Source of the DNA: Telmatocola sphagniphila
GTDB lineage: Bacteria; Planctomycetota; Planctomycetia; Gemmatales; Gemmataceae
Direction of reading: 5' to 3'
Assembly: GCF_018398935.1 (NCBI RefSeq)
Contig: NZ_CP074694.1
Span: 120,001 to 152,000, forward strand
Length of the DNA: 32,000 nt
Both the position numbers and the translations under genes were made by a program. The stretch's first letter is position 1. Each line of letters starts with the position of its first letter. Positions 9,686-18,614 of the stretch are shown here, piece by piece. A model generated the notes under the pieces. That model had not been told where the DNA came from, did not search any database, and saw only the letters and a program-made list of their open reading frames with translations.

Positions 9686-10501
9686 ATGCGGAATTTATTG
9701 CGAATTTACAAAAACATGCCCGTCCCGGTGGAGGACACTGGTAAACCTCTTAAGCTTTCGTCGGCCCGGAAACTGGTTTGCGATTTGCTGCATTTCGCTA
9801 AAGAAATTCCCACCATTCCCGTTCAGAGGCAGTTGGATCTCTCTCGCGTAGTCGCGGCTCGCGGCCGTTTGCGAAATCGGCCGCGCTGGGTCAGCCTGTT
9901 TACGAAAGCGTATGCGGAGCTGGCGATGCAGAAGCCGGAACTACGCCGCTCTTTTCTGAAATATCCCTGGGCTCGTCTCTGGCAGCATGGCTGCAATGTG
10001 GCTTCGATCGCCGTCACGCGCGAACTGGAAGGCGAGCAGGCGGTGATGTTCGCCAAAATTCGCGAGCCGGAAAAGATGTCGATCACGGAGATCGAAAAAA
10101 CACTCGATCACTACATCAACAGTCCCATTGAGCAGGTACAACCGTATCAGTTGATGATTGCCACTTCCAAATTGATACGACCACTCCGCCGTTTGATCTG
10201 GTGGACCGGTTTGAACTGGAAGGGCATCTGGCGGGAAGCGATATTCGGCACCTTTGGCATCAGCGTTTATTCGGGTACCGGGGCCGATTCTTTGCACCCG
10301 ATTTCGCCGCTCACCACGCTGATGAATTACGGGCCGATCGATTCGAAGGGAATCGTCAATGTTCGCATCGTTTACGACCACCGGGTAATGGACGGTATGG
10401 TGGTCGCCGATAGCCTCGCGATCCTTCAGGCGATCTTCGACGAATCGATCGTCGATGAGTTGAATCGGATGGCCAACGGCTCGCTGCGCATCGCGGCCTA
10501 G
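9686..10501 (+). CDS. Stand-alone 2-oxoacid dehydrogenase E2-type (CAT-fold) acyltransferase catalytic-domain protein
   Basis: ATG at 9686 is preceded by AGGAG (9676-9680). The track's 9608 start would overlap rsmA. The C-terminal 'VRIVYDHRVMDGMVVADSL' matches the E2 active-site motif DHRxxDG. No lipoyl or subunit-binding domain is present. Confidence 0.6.
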   Translation: MRNLLRIYKNMPVPVEDTGKPLKLSSARKLVCDLLHFAKEIPTIPVQRQLDLSRVVAARGRLRNRPRWVSLFTKAYAELAMQKPELRRSFLKYPWARLWQHGCNVASIAVTRELEGEQAVMFAKIREPEKMSITEIEKTLDHYINSPIEQVQPYQLMIATSKLIRPLRRLIWWTGLNWKGIWREAIFGTFGISVYSGTGADSLHPISPLTTLMNYGPIDSKGIVNVRIVYDHRVMDGMVVADSLAILQAIFDESIVDELNRMANGSLRIAA

Positions 10502-10502
10502 C

Positions 10503-10712
10503 TTATTCGCCGTATTCGTCTTTCCATTCTTCGTACCAGGCCATCTGGATGGCTTCCAGAATCTTTTCGTTGGAAGCTTCCGGTTTGCCTTCAAAATCCT
10601 CGAGATCCAGAACCCATTTGTGCAGGTCGGTAAAGCGGACCGTCAGAGGGTTCAGGGTGTCGTACTTTTCGAAAAGCATCTCGCCGAGCTGCCGGTAGTC
10701 CTGCCAGGTCAT
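10503..10712 (-). CDS. iscX: Fe-S cluster assembly protein IscX (YfhJ family)
   Basis: 69 aa. '[36 protein letters not shown]' closely parallels E. coli IscX as I recall it ('[36 protein letters not shown]'). Confidence 0.85.
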   Translation of the reverse strand: [69 protein letters not shown]

Positions 10713-10901
10713 ATTCAGTCTCTTAAATCCTAACGAATTATTTCGAAGTTATTCTAGGTCGAGGTGGAAGTAGGCTCTAGTTTCGTCCGGGGAATCGACT
10801 TTTCTGGGCTGGTTTTTTTTCAATTGAGTATGCAGTTTCCCCGCGTGCCATAAAACACCAAAGAAGTTCTGTTAGTTCTTATTTCTCTTTGGGTTGTGCG
10901 C

Positions 10902-11768
10902 ATGGGCGACGCGTCACTTCAGGCGAAAATCGATTCGGTGAACTGGTACCACGAGTTCGATTTCGGCAACGGCCTGGTTGCCCGCACGAAAACGCCCGAT
11001 GAGGCCACCCACCGGGCCATCTGGAATTTCATCGAAACCGGCCTGAAGACCATCGACTTCCAAGGCAAAAGCGTTCTGGATATCGGCTGCTGGGATGGTT
11101 ACTGGAGCTTTTATGCCGAGAAGCATGGGGCCACCAACGTCCTGGCTACCGATGATCGCACGCAGAACTGGTCGAATGATCAGGGCATCCACATTGCAAA
11201 AGAGCTGCTGAAATCTTCTGTGCGAATTAATCAGGATGTATCCGTCTACAAGCTGGCCGATCTCAAAGAAAAGTTCGATGTGATTCTATTTCTGGGGGTC
11301 TACTATCACCTGTTCGATCCCTTCTACGCTCTGACGCAGATCCGCCATTGCTGCCATCCCGATACCATCGTCTTCATCGATGGGCCGGTGGGTACCGAGA
11401 TGAGTCCCGGGGAAGTGCTCTACGATTTCACCAATCGTCGCGTGGAACTGTTGCCGACAACCGAGGCTCTGCGACAGATGATCCAGGCTGCTTATTTCAC
11501 GGAACTGGATTGCAGTTACCTGGAGCCTCCCGTGCCTCCGCCTCCGGGCCGGCTCGGTTGGCGCTGGCGCTTGGGACTGGTACGCGATGCCCTGGCCGGT
11601 GCTCGGAGCGAAATCCGCAAGAAAACGGAAATGATTCTGCCCCCACGCACGGGTAATCGCCGGTTATTAATGAAGTGCAAACCCTTCTCGGGCAAAAATC
11701 CGATTTACGATTACACGCCGCCGTTTGGCTTGAACGCTTACGATTCGCGCTTCGATAAATCGAGTTGA
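10902..11768 (+). CDS. Class I SAM-dependent methyltransferase
   Basis: 'WYHEFDFGNG' is followed by the 'VLDIGCWDGYWSFYAEKHGA' motif I and 'FDVILFLGVYYHL'. The ATG at 10902 is preferred over the GTG at 10896. Confidence 0.75.
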   Translation: MGDASLQAKIDSVNWYHEFDFGNGLVARTKTPDEATHRAIWNFIETGLKTIDFQGKSVLDIGCWDGYWSFYAEKHGATNVLATDDRTQNWSNDQGIHIAKELLKSSVRINQDVSVYKLADLKEKFDVILFLGVYYHLFDPFYALTQIRHCCHPDTIVFIDGPVGTEMSPGEVLYDFTNRRVELLPTTEALRQMIQAAYFTELDCSYLEPPVPPPPGRLGWRWRLGLVRDALAGARSEIRKKTEMILPPRTGNRRLLMKCKPFSGKNPIYDYTPPFGLNAYDSRFDKSS

Positions 11769-11854
11769 AGTGAGCTCGACGTCGGGAATCCTCCGCAAAT
11801 CGTAAAATTTCCCCACGTACTCTCATCGAGTACCCACCCGGGGTGTGCTGCTCC

Positions 11855-14152
11855 ATGGACCGTCCCGAAAACTTGTGCCAGGTTTCTCGATACCGATTCC
11901 TCGTCCAAGGTCTGGTTCAAGGGGTGGGTTTTCGTCCCTTCGTTTACCAATTGGCGACGCGATTGCAACTGGCTGGCCATGTCAGCAATTCTGCCAATGG
12001 GGTGACCATCGAAGTGCAGGGCACTTCAGATAACTTAATTCAATTTCGAAAAGATCTGATCCATCAGCACCCGCCCTTAGCGTACATTCAAGAGCTTCAG
12101 AAGCAGGAAATTCCTTTTCGCGAGGAGGCCGGTTTTCAAATCCTTCCTTCCACCCAAACGGAAGTGGGCCGTACCTCGATCCCGGGCGATATCGCTCCCT
12201 GCGATGACTGCCTTAGCGAACTCTTCGATCCACAGGATCGACGCTATCGTTATCCGTTTTTGAACTGCACCCAATGCGGACCGCGTTATACCGTAATTTG
12301 TTCACTGCCTTATGATCGGCTTGCCACCACGCTTGCAAAATTTACGATGTGTACCGAATGTTTGCGGGAGTATGGCGACCCGGCCGATAGGAGGTTCCAT
12401 GCCGAACCGATTGCCTGCTCGCAATGCGGCCCCCAGGTCTGGCTGGAAACGAATGGCCGGCGAGTCGCGGAAAAAGAGGCTGCGATTAAGGAAGCGATAA
12501 CGCGACTTGAACGGGGGGAAATACTGGCCATCAAGGGAATTGGCGGATTTCACCTGGCTTGCGATGCATCGAATGAATCGACCGTGGCTCGACTTCGCGA
12601 AAAGAAGGGCAGGGGGACAAAGCCACTCGCCGTGATGATTAAAAACCTGGAATTGGCTCAGCAATATGTTGAAATTTCCCTAGCTGAAGAAGAACTTTTG
12701 CTTAGCCCGATGCAGCCGATTGTTTTGCTCCAACGAAAGCCGAACGAGTCTTCCCTGGCTCCAGCCGTTGCACCCGGAACGAACCAGTTGGGGCTATTTC
12801 TCCCCTATTCGCCCCTGCATCAATTGCTCCTGACTGACCGACCGTTGGTCATGACCTCCGGGAATGGCAGCAACGAACCGATTGTGATTGCGAATGAGGA
12901 GGCTCGAGACAGACTGAGCGTGCTGTGCGATGCGATTCTGATGCACGATCGGGAGATTACGACACCGTGCGATGATTCGGTCGTGCGAATCTTTGAGAAT
13001 CGGCTATATCCCCTTCGGCGTTCCCGTGGGTATGCGCCCTTACCTGTAAAACTTCAAAAATCGGGGTCCACTGTGCTGGCTGTGGGAGGAGAGTTGAAGA
13101 CCACACTCTGTCTGGCCATCGAGAAATCTGCCTACCTGAGTCAGCATTTGGGAGATCTGGAAAGCCCCGAGAGCCATATGGCACTCGACCGTTGTGCCCA
13201 CCATCTTCTCGATTTATTTCGGGTGAAGCCCGATCTTATCGCTTGCGATCTGCACCCGGGTTATCTCTCGTCGCAGTGGGCCGAACGTTTTGCCCGCAAG
13301 CTGGATTTACCGCTAGTAAAAGTTCAACATCACGAAGCACATCTAGCTTCTTTGCTTGCTGATGTTTCCTGGTCTGGAAACGACCTGCTCGGCGTCTGCT
13401 TCGATGGCACGGGGTTCGGGACGGATCGTGCCATCTGGGGCGGGGAATTTTTTTGTTTCGATAAAAGTCGGTCGAAACGAGTAGGGCATTTGAAATATGT
13501 GTCCCTGCCAGGAGGTGATCTCAGTATTAAACGGCCCTACCGGCTGGCGTTGGCCCATCTGTGGGCAGCGGGAATTCCGTGGTCTGAGGATATCCCAGCC
13601 GTCGCGGCCTGCCCACCTGCCGAACGTGCGATTCTGCGTCAGCAGCTCGAAAAAAATGCGAATTGCACCCCCACGAGTAGCATGGGGCGCTTATTCGATG
13701 CAGTTTCCTCTTTACTCGGTGTCAATCAGCTGGCTAGTTATGAGGGCCAACCCGCCGTGGAGTTGGAGACGATAGCGGACTCGGGGCCTCAGGAGCCTTA
13801 CCCGTTTGAAATCATCTCGGGGAATCCGTGTCAGATTGATCCCACGCCGTTACTACATGCCATTGTGCAGGATCTAGTTAGACAAGTGCCAGCTGCTACG
13901 ATTTCCGCACGATTCCACGCCACGATAGCGGAGATGATTTGTTATTTTGCCAGGCTGTTTCGGCAGCAGGTGGGATTAGGTACACTGGGTTTAACCGGTG
14001 GAGTCTTCCAGAATATGCGACTTCTCAAAGAAGTGAGCCAACGATTGCACAACGAAAAGTTCACGATCCTGACGCATCAACAGGTACCTGCCAACGACGG
14101 CGGAATTTCCCTTGGCCAATGTTTGATCGCCCGAGGACAAATTTCGAGTTGA
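11855..14152 (+). CDS. hypF: [NiFe]-hydrogenase maturation carbamoyltransferase HypF
   Basis: Acylphosphatase-like N-terminus ('FLVQGLVQGVGFRPFVY'). Two Zn-finger pairs ('CDDCLSE...CTQCGPRYT' and 'CTECLREY...CSQCGP'), then YrdC-like and Kae1-like regions. The ATG at 11855 is preferred over the GTG at 11843. Confidence 0.93.
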   Translation: MDRPENLCQVSRYRFLVQGLVQGVGFRPFVYQLATRLQLAGHVSNSANGVTIEVQGTSDNLIQFRKDLIHQHPPLAYIQELQKQEIPFREEAGFQILPSTQTEVGRTSIPGDIAPCDDCLSELFDPQDRRYRYPFLNCTQCGPRYTVICSLPYDRLATTLAKFTMCTECLREYGDPADRRFHAEPIACSQCGPQVWLETNGRRVAEKEAAIKEAITRLERGEILAIKGIGGFHLACDASNESTVARLREKKGRGTKPLAVMIKNLELAQQYVEISLAEEELLLSPMQPIVLLQRKPNESSLAPAVAPGTNQLGLFLPYSPLHQLLLTDRPLVMTSGNGSNEPIVIANEEARDRLSVLCDAILMHDREITTPCDDSVVRIFENRLYPLRRSRGYAPLPVKLQKSGSTVLAVGGELKTTLCLAIEKSAYLSQHLGDLESPESHMALDRCAHHLLDLFRVKPDLIACDLHPGYLSSQWAERFARKLDLPLVKVQHHEAHLASLLADVSWSGNDLLGVCFDGTGFGTDRAIWGGEFFCFDKSRSKRVGHLKYVSLPGGDLSIKRPYRLALAHLWAAGIPWSEDIPAVAACPPAERAILRQQLEKNANCTPTSSMGRLFDAVSSLLGVNQLASYEGQPAVELETIADSGPQEPYPFEIISGNPCQIDPTPLLHAIVQDLVRQVPAATISARFHATIAEMICYFARLFRQQVGLGTLGLTGGVFQNMRLLKEVSQRLHNEKFTILTHQQVPANDGGISLGQCLIARGQISS

Positions 14153-14245
14153 AACAGAGAATCTTCACTGAATTAATTGCTCCCAGAGGGAATTTCCTGG
14201 GATAATAAAGCGATAACTCTCTCGGAAATTGTTCCAACGGCTTCG

Positions 14246-14590
14246 ATGCACGAACTCTCTTTAGCAACGCACCTTGTGGAGCTGGCCGGGCAAACGGCAT
14301 CGCGCGAGCGGGCCCAACGTGTACTAACGGTCAAACTACGAGTCGGACTCCTTGCGGATGTTTCAGTGGAGGCCTTGCAATTCGCTTATGAAGTGGCCAC
14401 GGCCGATACGCTCCTGGCCGGTTCGCGGCTGGAGGTGGAAGAGGTTCCCGTAACGGTATTTTGCGAACAGTGTCAGACGGAAGCCGTGTTGCCCAGCATC
14501 CAAAATTTTCGCTGCCCGGAGTGCAATATGCCGACCGAGAATGTTCTCTCCGGTCGGGAACTGGAGATCGCCTGGATCGAACTCGAATAA
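14246..14590 (+). CDS. hypA: Hydrogenase nickel-insertion protein HypA
   Basis: 'MHELSLA' N-terminus (Ni site) at the internal ATG 14246, with CxxC...CxxC ('CEQCQ...CPECN'). 114 aa. The track's 14177 start adds a non-homologous 23-aa extension. Confidence 0.9.
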   Translation: MHELSLATHLVELAGQTASRERAQRVLTVKLRVGLLADVSVEALQFAYEVATADTLLAGSRLEVEEVPVTVFCEQCQTEAVLPSIQNFRCPECNMPTENVLSGRELEIAWIELE

Positions 14591-14628
14591 GGGAATTAGA
14601 TGGGTAGGCTGCAAAGAGATACTCAGCG

Positions 14629-15300
14629 ATGACCACACCCCGCATTCTCGAAGTTCGGCAGGGACTTCTGAAGAAGAACGATCAGATTGCGGCTACGTTG
14701 CGCGCGCGGTATCGAGCCGCCGGGACGACGGTAATTAATCTCGTTTCCAGCCCCGGCACCGGCAAAACTTTGTTGCTGGAACGAACACTGGTCGAATTGA
14801 AACAACGGGGATACGCCGTAGCGGCCCTCGTCGGCGATCTGGAAACCGACAACGATGCCCGGCGACTGGCCCGAAGTGGTGCCCCGGCTCGCCAGATCAA
14901 CACTCATGGGATCTGTCACCTGGAAGCCGATATGATTACCCGGCATCTCGAAGAATGGAATCTCGAGGAAATCGATTTTCTGTTTATCGAAAATGTCGGC
15001 AACCTGGTTTGCACTTCCAGTTACGATCTGGGAGAAGAAATGCGGGTAGCTCTACTTTCGGTCACCGAAGGAGAAGACAAACCGCTGAAGTATCCGACCT
15101 TATTCCACTCGGCGGATGTCACCCTCTTTACCAAAATCGATCTGGCGAAAGTGTGCGAATTCGATGCCGATTTAGCTCTCCGTCATGTGCAGGCCGTGCG
15201 TCCAAGCATGCGGGTGCTTTCGACTTCAGCTAAAACTGGCGAAGGTCTTACCGAATGGTTGAAGTTGCTTCAGGATAGGCGATCCCATCCAGCGAAATGA
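14629..15300 (+). CDS. hypB: Hydrogenase nickel-incorporation GTPase HypB
   Basis: P-loop 'SSPGTGKT', 'ENVGNLVC' and 'TKIDL' G-motifs. There is no His-rich N-terminal stretch. Confidence 0.92.
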   Translation: MTTPRILEVRQGLLKKNDQIAATLRARYRAAGTTVINLVSSPGTGKTLLLERTLVELKQRGYAVAALVGDLETDNDARRLARSGAPARQINTHGICHLEADMITRHLEEWNLEEIDFLFIENVGNLVCTSSYDLGEEMRVALLSVTEGEDKPLKYPTLFHSADVTLFTKIDLAKVCEFDADLALRHVQAVRPSMRVLSTSAKTGEGLTEWLKLLQDRRSHPAK

Positions 15301-15318
15301 TTTCGGGGAGTATTTGCA

Positions 15319-15579
15319 ATGTGCCTAGCGGTGCCGGGACAACTCGAATCTATCCATGAAGTCGATGGCACGCGTATGGGCAAAGTCAATTTTGGCGGCA
15401 TCCTCAAAGAGGTCTGTCTGGAATTCGTTCCCGACCTGGAGGTAGGCGATTACACGATTGTCCATGTCGGTTTTGCACTCAGTAAAATCGACGAACAGAC
15501 GGCCCGGGAAACGCTGGAGGCCATCGCTTCGCTGAACAACCTGGAGGAGGAATTGGGACCGGGGGATAATTCGTCATGA
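15319..15579 (+). CDS. hypC: Hydrogenase assembly chaperone HypC/HupF
   Basis: 'MCLAVPGQ' N-terminus with the essential Cys2. 86 aa. Confidence 0.92.
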   Translation: MCLAVPGQLESIHEVDGTRMGKVNFGGILKEVCLEFVPDLEVGDYTIVHVGFALSKIDEQTARETLEAIASLNNLEEELGPGDNSS

Positions 15580-16715
15580 AGTATCTCACCGAGTTTCGAG
15601 ATGGAGAACTGGCGAAAAAGCTCTTCGTGGAAATTGCCTCCCTGGTGACCCGAACCTGGACCCTGATGGAGGTCTGCGGCGGGCAAACGCACTCGATCAT
15701 TCGCAACGGCATCGATCAACTTCTACCCCGGCAAATTCAACTGATCCATGGTCCGGGATGCCCGGTCTGTGTCACACCCGTGGAACAAATCGATAGGGCG
15801 CTCGCCATTGCCGCTTTGCCGAAGGTGACCTTCTGCAGCTTCGGCGACATGCTTCGTGTGCCCGGCTCTCACGGTGATCTCTTTCAGGTGAAAAGTCAGG
15901 GAGGAGATGTTCGGGTGGTTTACTCCCCGCTCGATGCCGTGAAGCTGGCTCGCGAAAATCCGAATTCGGAAATCGTCTTTTTTGCTATCGGTTTCGAGAC
16001 TACGGCTCCAGCGAATGCAATGGCGGTTTATCAGGCGAAGCGGCTCGGGCTCAAGAACTTTTCGCTACTGGTCTCGCATGTTCTGGTTCCACCGGCGATG
16101 GAAGCGATTCTCAACGCTCCGGAGAATAGTGTTCAAGGGTTCCTGGCCGCCGGGCATGTCTGCAGCGTCATGGGCTATCATCAATATCCGCAGTTGGCTA
16201 AGAGATTTCGCGTGCCGATCGTGATTACCGGTTTCGAACCGCTCGATCTTCTGGAGGGTATCCGCCGAGCCGTTCTCCAACTGGAAGCAGGACAAGCTTT
16301 TGTGGAGAATACCTATCCTCGAGTAGTCAGTTTAGAAGGGAACCGTCCGGCGCAAGATCGGATAGCGGAAGTCTTTGAGCTGACAGATCGTATCTGGCGG
16401 GGTATGGGTTGGATCCCGAAAAGTGGCTGGCGACTGCGAGAAGAGTATCGCGGCTTCGATGCCGAATGGAAATTCGAGCTGCCCGATCTACCGGTGGTCG
16501 CGGATACGGTTTGCCGAAGTGGCGAAATCCTTCGCGGCACGCTGAAACCTAACCGGTGCCCAGCCTTCGGAAACTCTTGCACGCCGCGAACACCGTTGGG
16601 TGCGACCATGGTTTCCAGTGAGGGAGCCTGCGCGGCGTACTTCAATTACGGTCGACTCATCGATTTGAATCTGAAGTCGGTGCCTGAGGTGGAGACTGCG
16701 TCATGCCCGGCCTGA
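15576..16715 (+). CDS. hypD: Hydrogenase maturation factor HypD
   Basis: 'MKYLTEFRD', 'MEVCGGQTH', 'GPGCPVCV' and 'FETTAP' motifs. ATGA overlap with hypC. Confidence 0.93.
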   Translation: MKYLTEFRDGELAKKLFVEIASLVTRTWTLMEVCGGQTHSIIRNGIDQLLPRQIQLIHGPGCPVCVTPVEQIDRALAIAALPKVTFCSFGDMLRVPGSHGDLFQVKSQGGDVRVVYSPLDAVKLARENPNSEIVFFAIGFETTAPANAMAVYQAKRLGLKNFSLLVSHVLVPPAMEAILNAPENSVQGFLAAGHVCSVMGYHQYPQLAKRFRVPIVITGFEPLDLLEGIRRAVLQLEAGQAFVENTYPRVVSLEGNRPAQDRIAEVFELTDRIWRGMGWIPKSGWRLREEYRGFDAEWKFELPDLPVVADTVCRSGEILRGTLKPNRCPAFGNSCTPRTPLGATMVSSEGACAAYFNYGRLIDLNLKSVPEVETASCPA

Positions 16716-17758
16716 ACTCCGAGGGATGGACCTGCCCGTTGCCCTTGCGGGATTACCCTCGAATAGTTCTGGGGCATGGCGGCGGCGGGAAGCTGACATC
16801 CGAACTGATCGAAAATCTCTTCTTGCCTGCATTTGATAATGCCGCTTTGACTTCACTTGGCGATGCCACGGTCCTACCCAATATCGGTGGTCGGCTGGCC
16901 GTGACTACCGATTCCTACGTCGTCCGGCCTCTATTTTTCCCCGGCGGCTGTATCGGCGATTTGGCGGTTCATGGCACCGTGAATGATCTGGCCATGGCCG
17001 GAGCCCGACCGCTCTATCTGACGGCGGCGTTCATTCTGGAAGAGGGACTGTTACTGAGCACGCTCGGCCAGATTGTCCGAGCCATGGCACGCTCGGCCCG
17101 GGAGGCTGGGGTGAAGATTATCTGCGGCGATACCAAGGTCGTCGAACGCGGGCATGGCGACGGCTGCTTTATCACGACCACCGGCGTTGGAGTAGTGCCG
17201 GAGGAAATCGTTTTCGGACCTGATCAAGTCAAAGAGGGGGATCTTGTCGTCGTCTCCGGAACCCTGGGAAATCATGGGGTGGCGATTTTGAGTGTGCGGG
17301 AAGGTCTCGATTTTGGAACAACGATTGAGTCGGATACCGCGCCCCTCTATAGCCTGGTGGTGCAAATGCTAGCCAGTGGTGCCTCACTCCGAATGATGCG
17401 CGATCCCACGCGCGGCGGACTGGCAGCAACTCTCAATGAAATCGTAGGGCGCATGGAATTTGGAATCGAGATCGAAGAGTCGAAAGTGCCGCTGGATTCC
17501 CAGGTTCAGGCGGCTTGCGAACTGCTGGGTCTCGATCCCTTTCAGGTCGCAAACGAGGGCAAACTGGTCGCGGTGGTAGCCGAGGAAAAATCGGAAGAGC
17601 TCCTCCAATTTATGCGTCAGCATCCTCTGGGCCAGAAAGCAGCGGTCATTGGTCGAGTAACTCGCGAATATCCCGGTCTTGTGGTGGCCAAAACGAGCCT
17701 GGGAGGCCGGAGGGTGATTAGTATGCCCATGGGAGAGCAGTTGCCGCGCATTTGCTAG
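16703..17758 (+). CDS. hypE: Hydrogenase maturation carbamoyl dehydratase HypE
   Basis: PurM-like fold motifs ('LGHGGGGKL') and the diagnostic C-terminal 'PRIC'. 13-nt overlap with hypD. Confidence 0.93.
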   Translation: MPGLNSEGWTCPLPLRDYPRIVLGHGGGGKLTSELIENLFLPAFDNAALTSLGDATVLPNIGGRLAVTTDSYVVRPLFFPGGCIGDLAVHGTVNDLAMAGARPLYLTAAFILEEGLLLSTLGQIVRAMARSAREAGVKIICGDTKVVERGHGDGCFITTTGVGVVPEEIVFGPDQVKEGDLVVVSGTLGNHGVAILSVREGLDFGTTIESDTAPLYSLVVQMLASGASLRMMRDPTRGGLAATLNEIVGRMEFGIEIEESKVPLDSQVQAACELLGLDPFQVANEGKLVAVVAEEKSEELLQFMRQHPLGQKAAVIGRVTREYPGLVVAKTSLGGRRVISMPMGEQLPRIC

Positions 17759-17789
17759 CAGCACGGCAAGAGTTCAAAAGTGCGAAAGG

Positions 17790-17820
17790 AAAAAGCGGGT
17801 CGATCGACCCGCTTTCGTCT
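17790..17820. terminator. Bidirectional rho-independent terminator shared by hypE (+) and the small - strand ORF
   Basis: Perfect palindrome AGCGGGTCGA/TCGACCCGCT (17794-17813). It is flanked by an A-run (17790-17794) upstream and T-rich sequence downstream. Confidence 0.7.
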
Positions 17821-17840
17821 TATTTTGATTTTTCCGTGGA

Positions 17841-18014
17841 TCAGTTGTTTCGCAGCATGCGGGGAAGTTCTGTCCCAACGCGATGTGGAAATCGTTCCTG
17901 CGGTGTTCCAAAGCGATTAGCAATCGTTCGAAGCAGAACTTCGATTACTGCGATAACCGCGATAATTCCCACCGCCAGGGCGACCCAACTGAATGAACGA
18001 AGCAGTTCTTCCAT
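17841..18014 (-). CDS. Small (57 aa) single-pass membrane protein; below the ORF-track size cut-off
   Basis: My own translation: 'MEELLRSFSWVALAVGIIAVIAVIEVLLRTIANRFGTPQERFPHRVGTELPRMLRNN'. GAGGAGA lies 6 nt upstream of the ATG, and an in-frame stop lies 15 nt upstream of the ATG. The terminator hairpin lies just downstream. Confidence 0.45.
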   Translation of the reverse strand: MEELLRSFSWVALAVGIIAVIAVIEVLLRTIANRFGTPQERFPHRVGTELPRMLRNN

Positions 18015-18614
18015 GTCATGTCTCCTCAGCTAGGAAGGTAAGAAACCAAATTTATTGTAAAACTTTCAGGTCGGAGCAAAAGCTATTTTTTGAAAAATTA
18101 ACAATTAACTTCTTTTGCTCTTTCCAATTGAACTTACCGTTCCTTACGTTCATATCTTACTACTCGTCATAACGATTCTACGCAGGGCACTTGCGCCAAA
18201 ACTACGCCCTCAGCAAAAAAAGTTAATCGATCTTATCGAAAAATGTCAAGTTGTACTGCTCAAGGTGTGTCTTCGATATAACCAGTCCGGACGGAAATTT
18301 ACCAGGCTTTCCGAGTTTCTCGTCGAAGTCTACTCAAATCCGCCAGACACTTATTATTCGTCCGGGATGATCAAATCTTTCTCGGCACGATCCCACTATC
18401 CAAACCTTTCGGTCGGGCAAGCTTCCCGGATTACCCGACCTCATGGAAATTAGCGATTCTTCCTCGAAATGCGGCTGGCGAAACCCTACCGGAGAATCAT
18501 CCCTTAAATTCCCCCCAAGTTCTTTATTTTGAACGATTACGTTTGACGACACCCCTTCCTGGTTTTACCATTTTACGCAGATTGTATTTTTCCCCTCAAG
18601 CGTGAGATGACATC

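Noticed and set aside
17752-18033. 93-aa + strand ORF overlapping the end of hypE
   Set aside because: It reads straight through the palindromic terminator and is antisense to a better-supported small ORF that has an SD and a TM helix.
18115-18453. 112-aa + strand ORF in the AT-rich gap
   Set aside because: It has a TTG start, no SD and a composition unlike every other gene here, and no motif is recognisable. I treat the region as non-coding, and it is reported as a finding instead.
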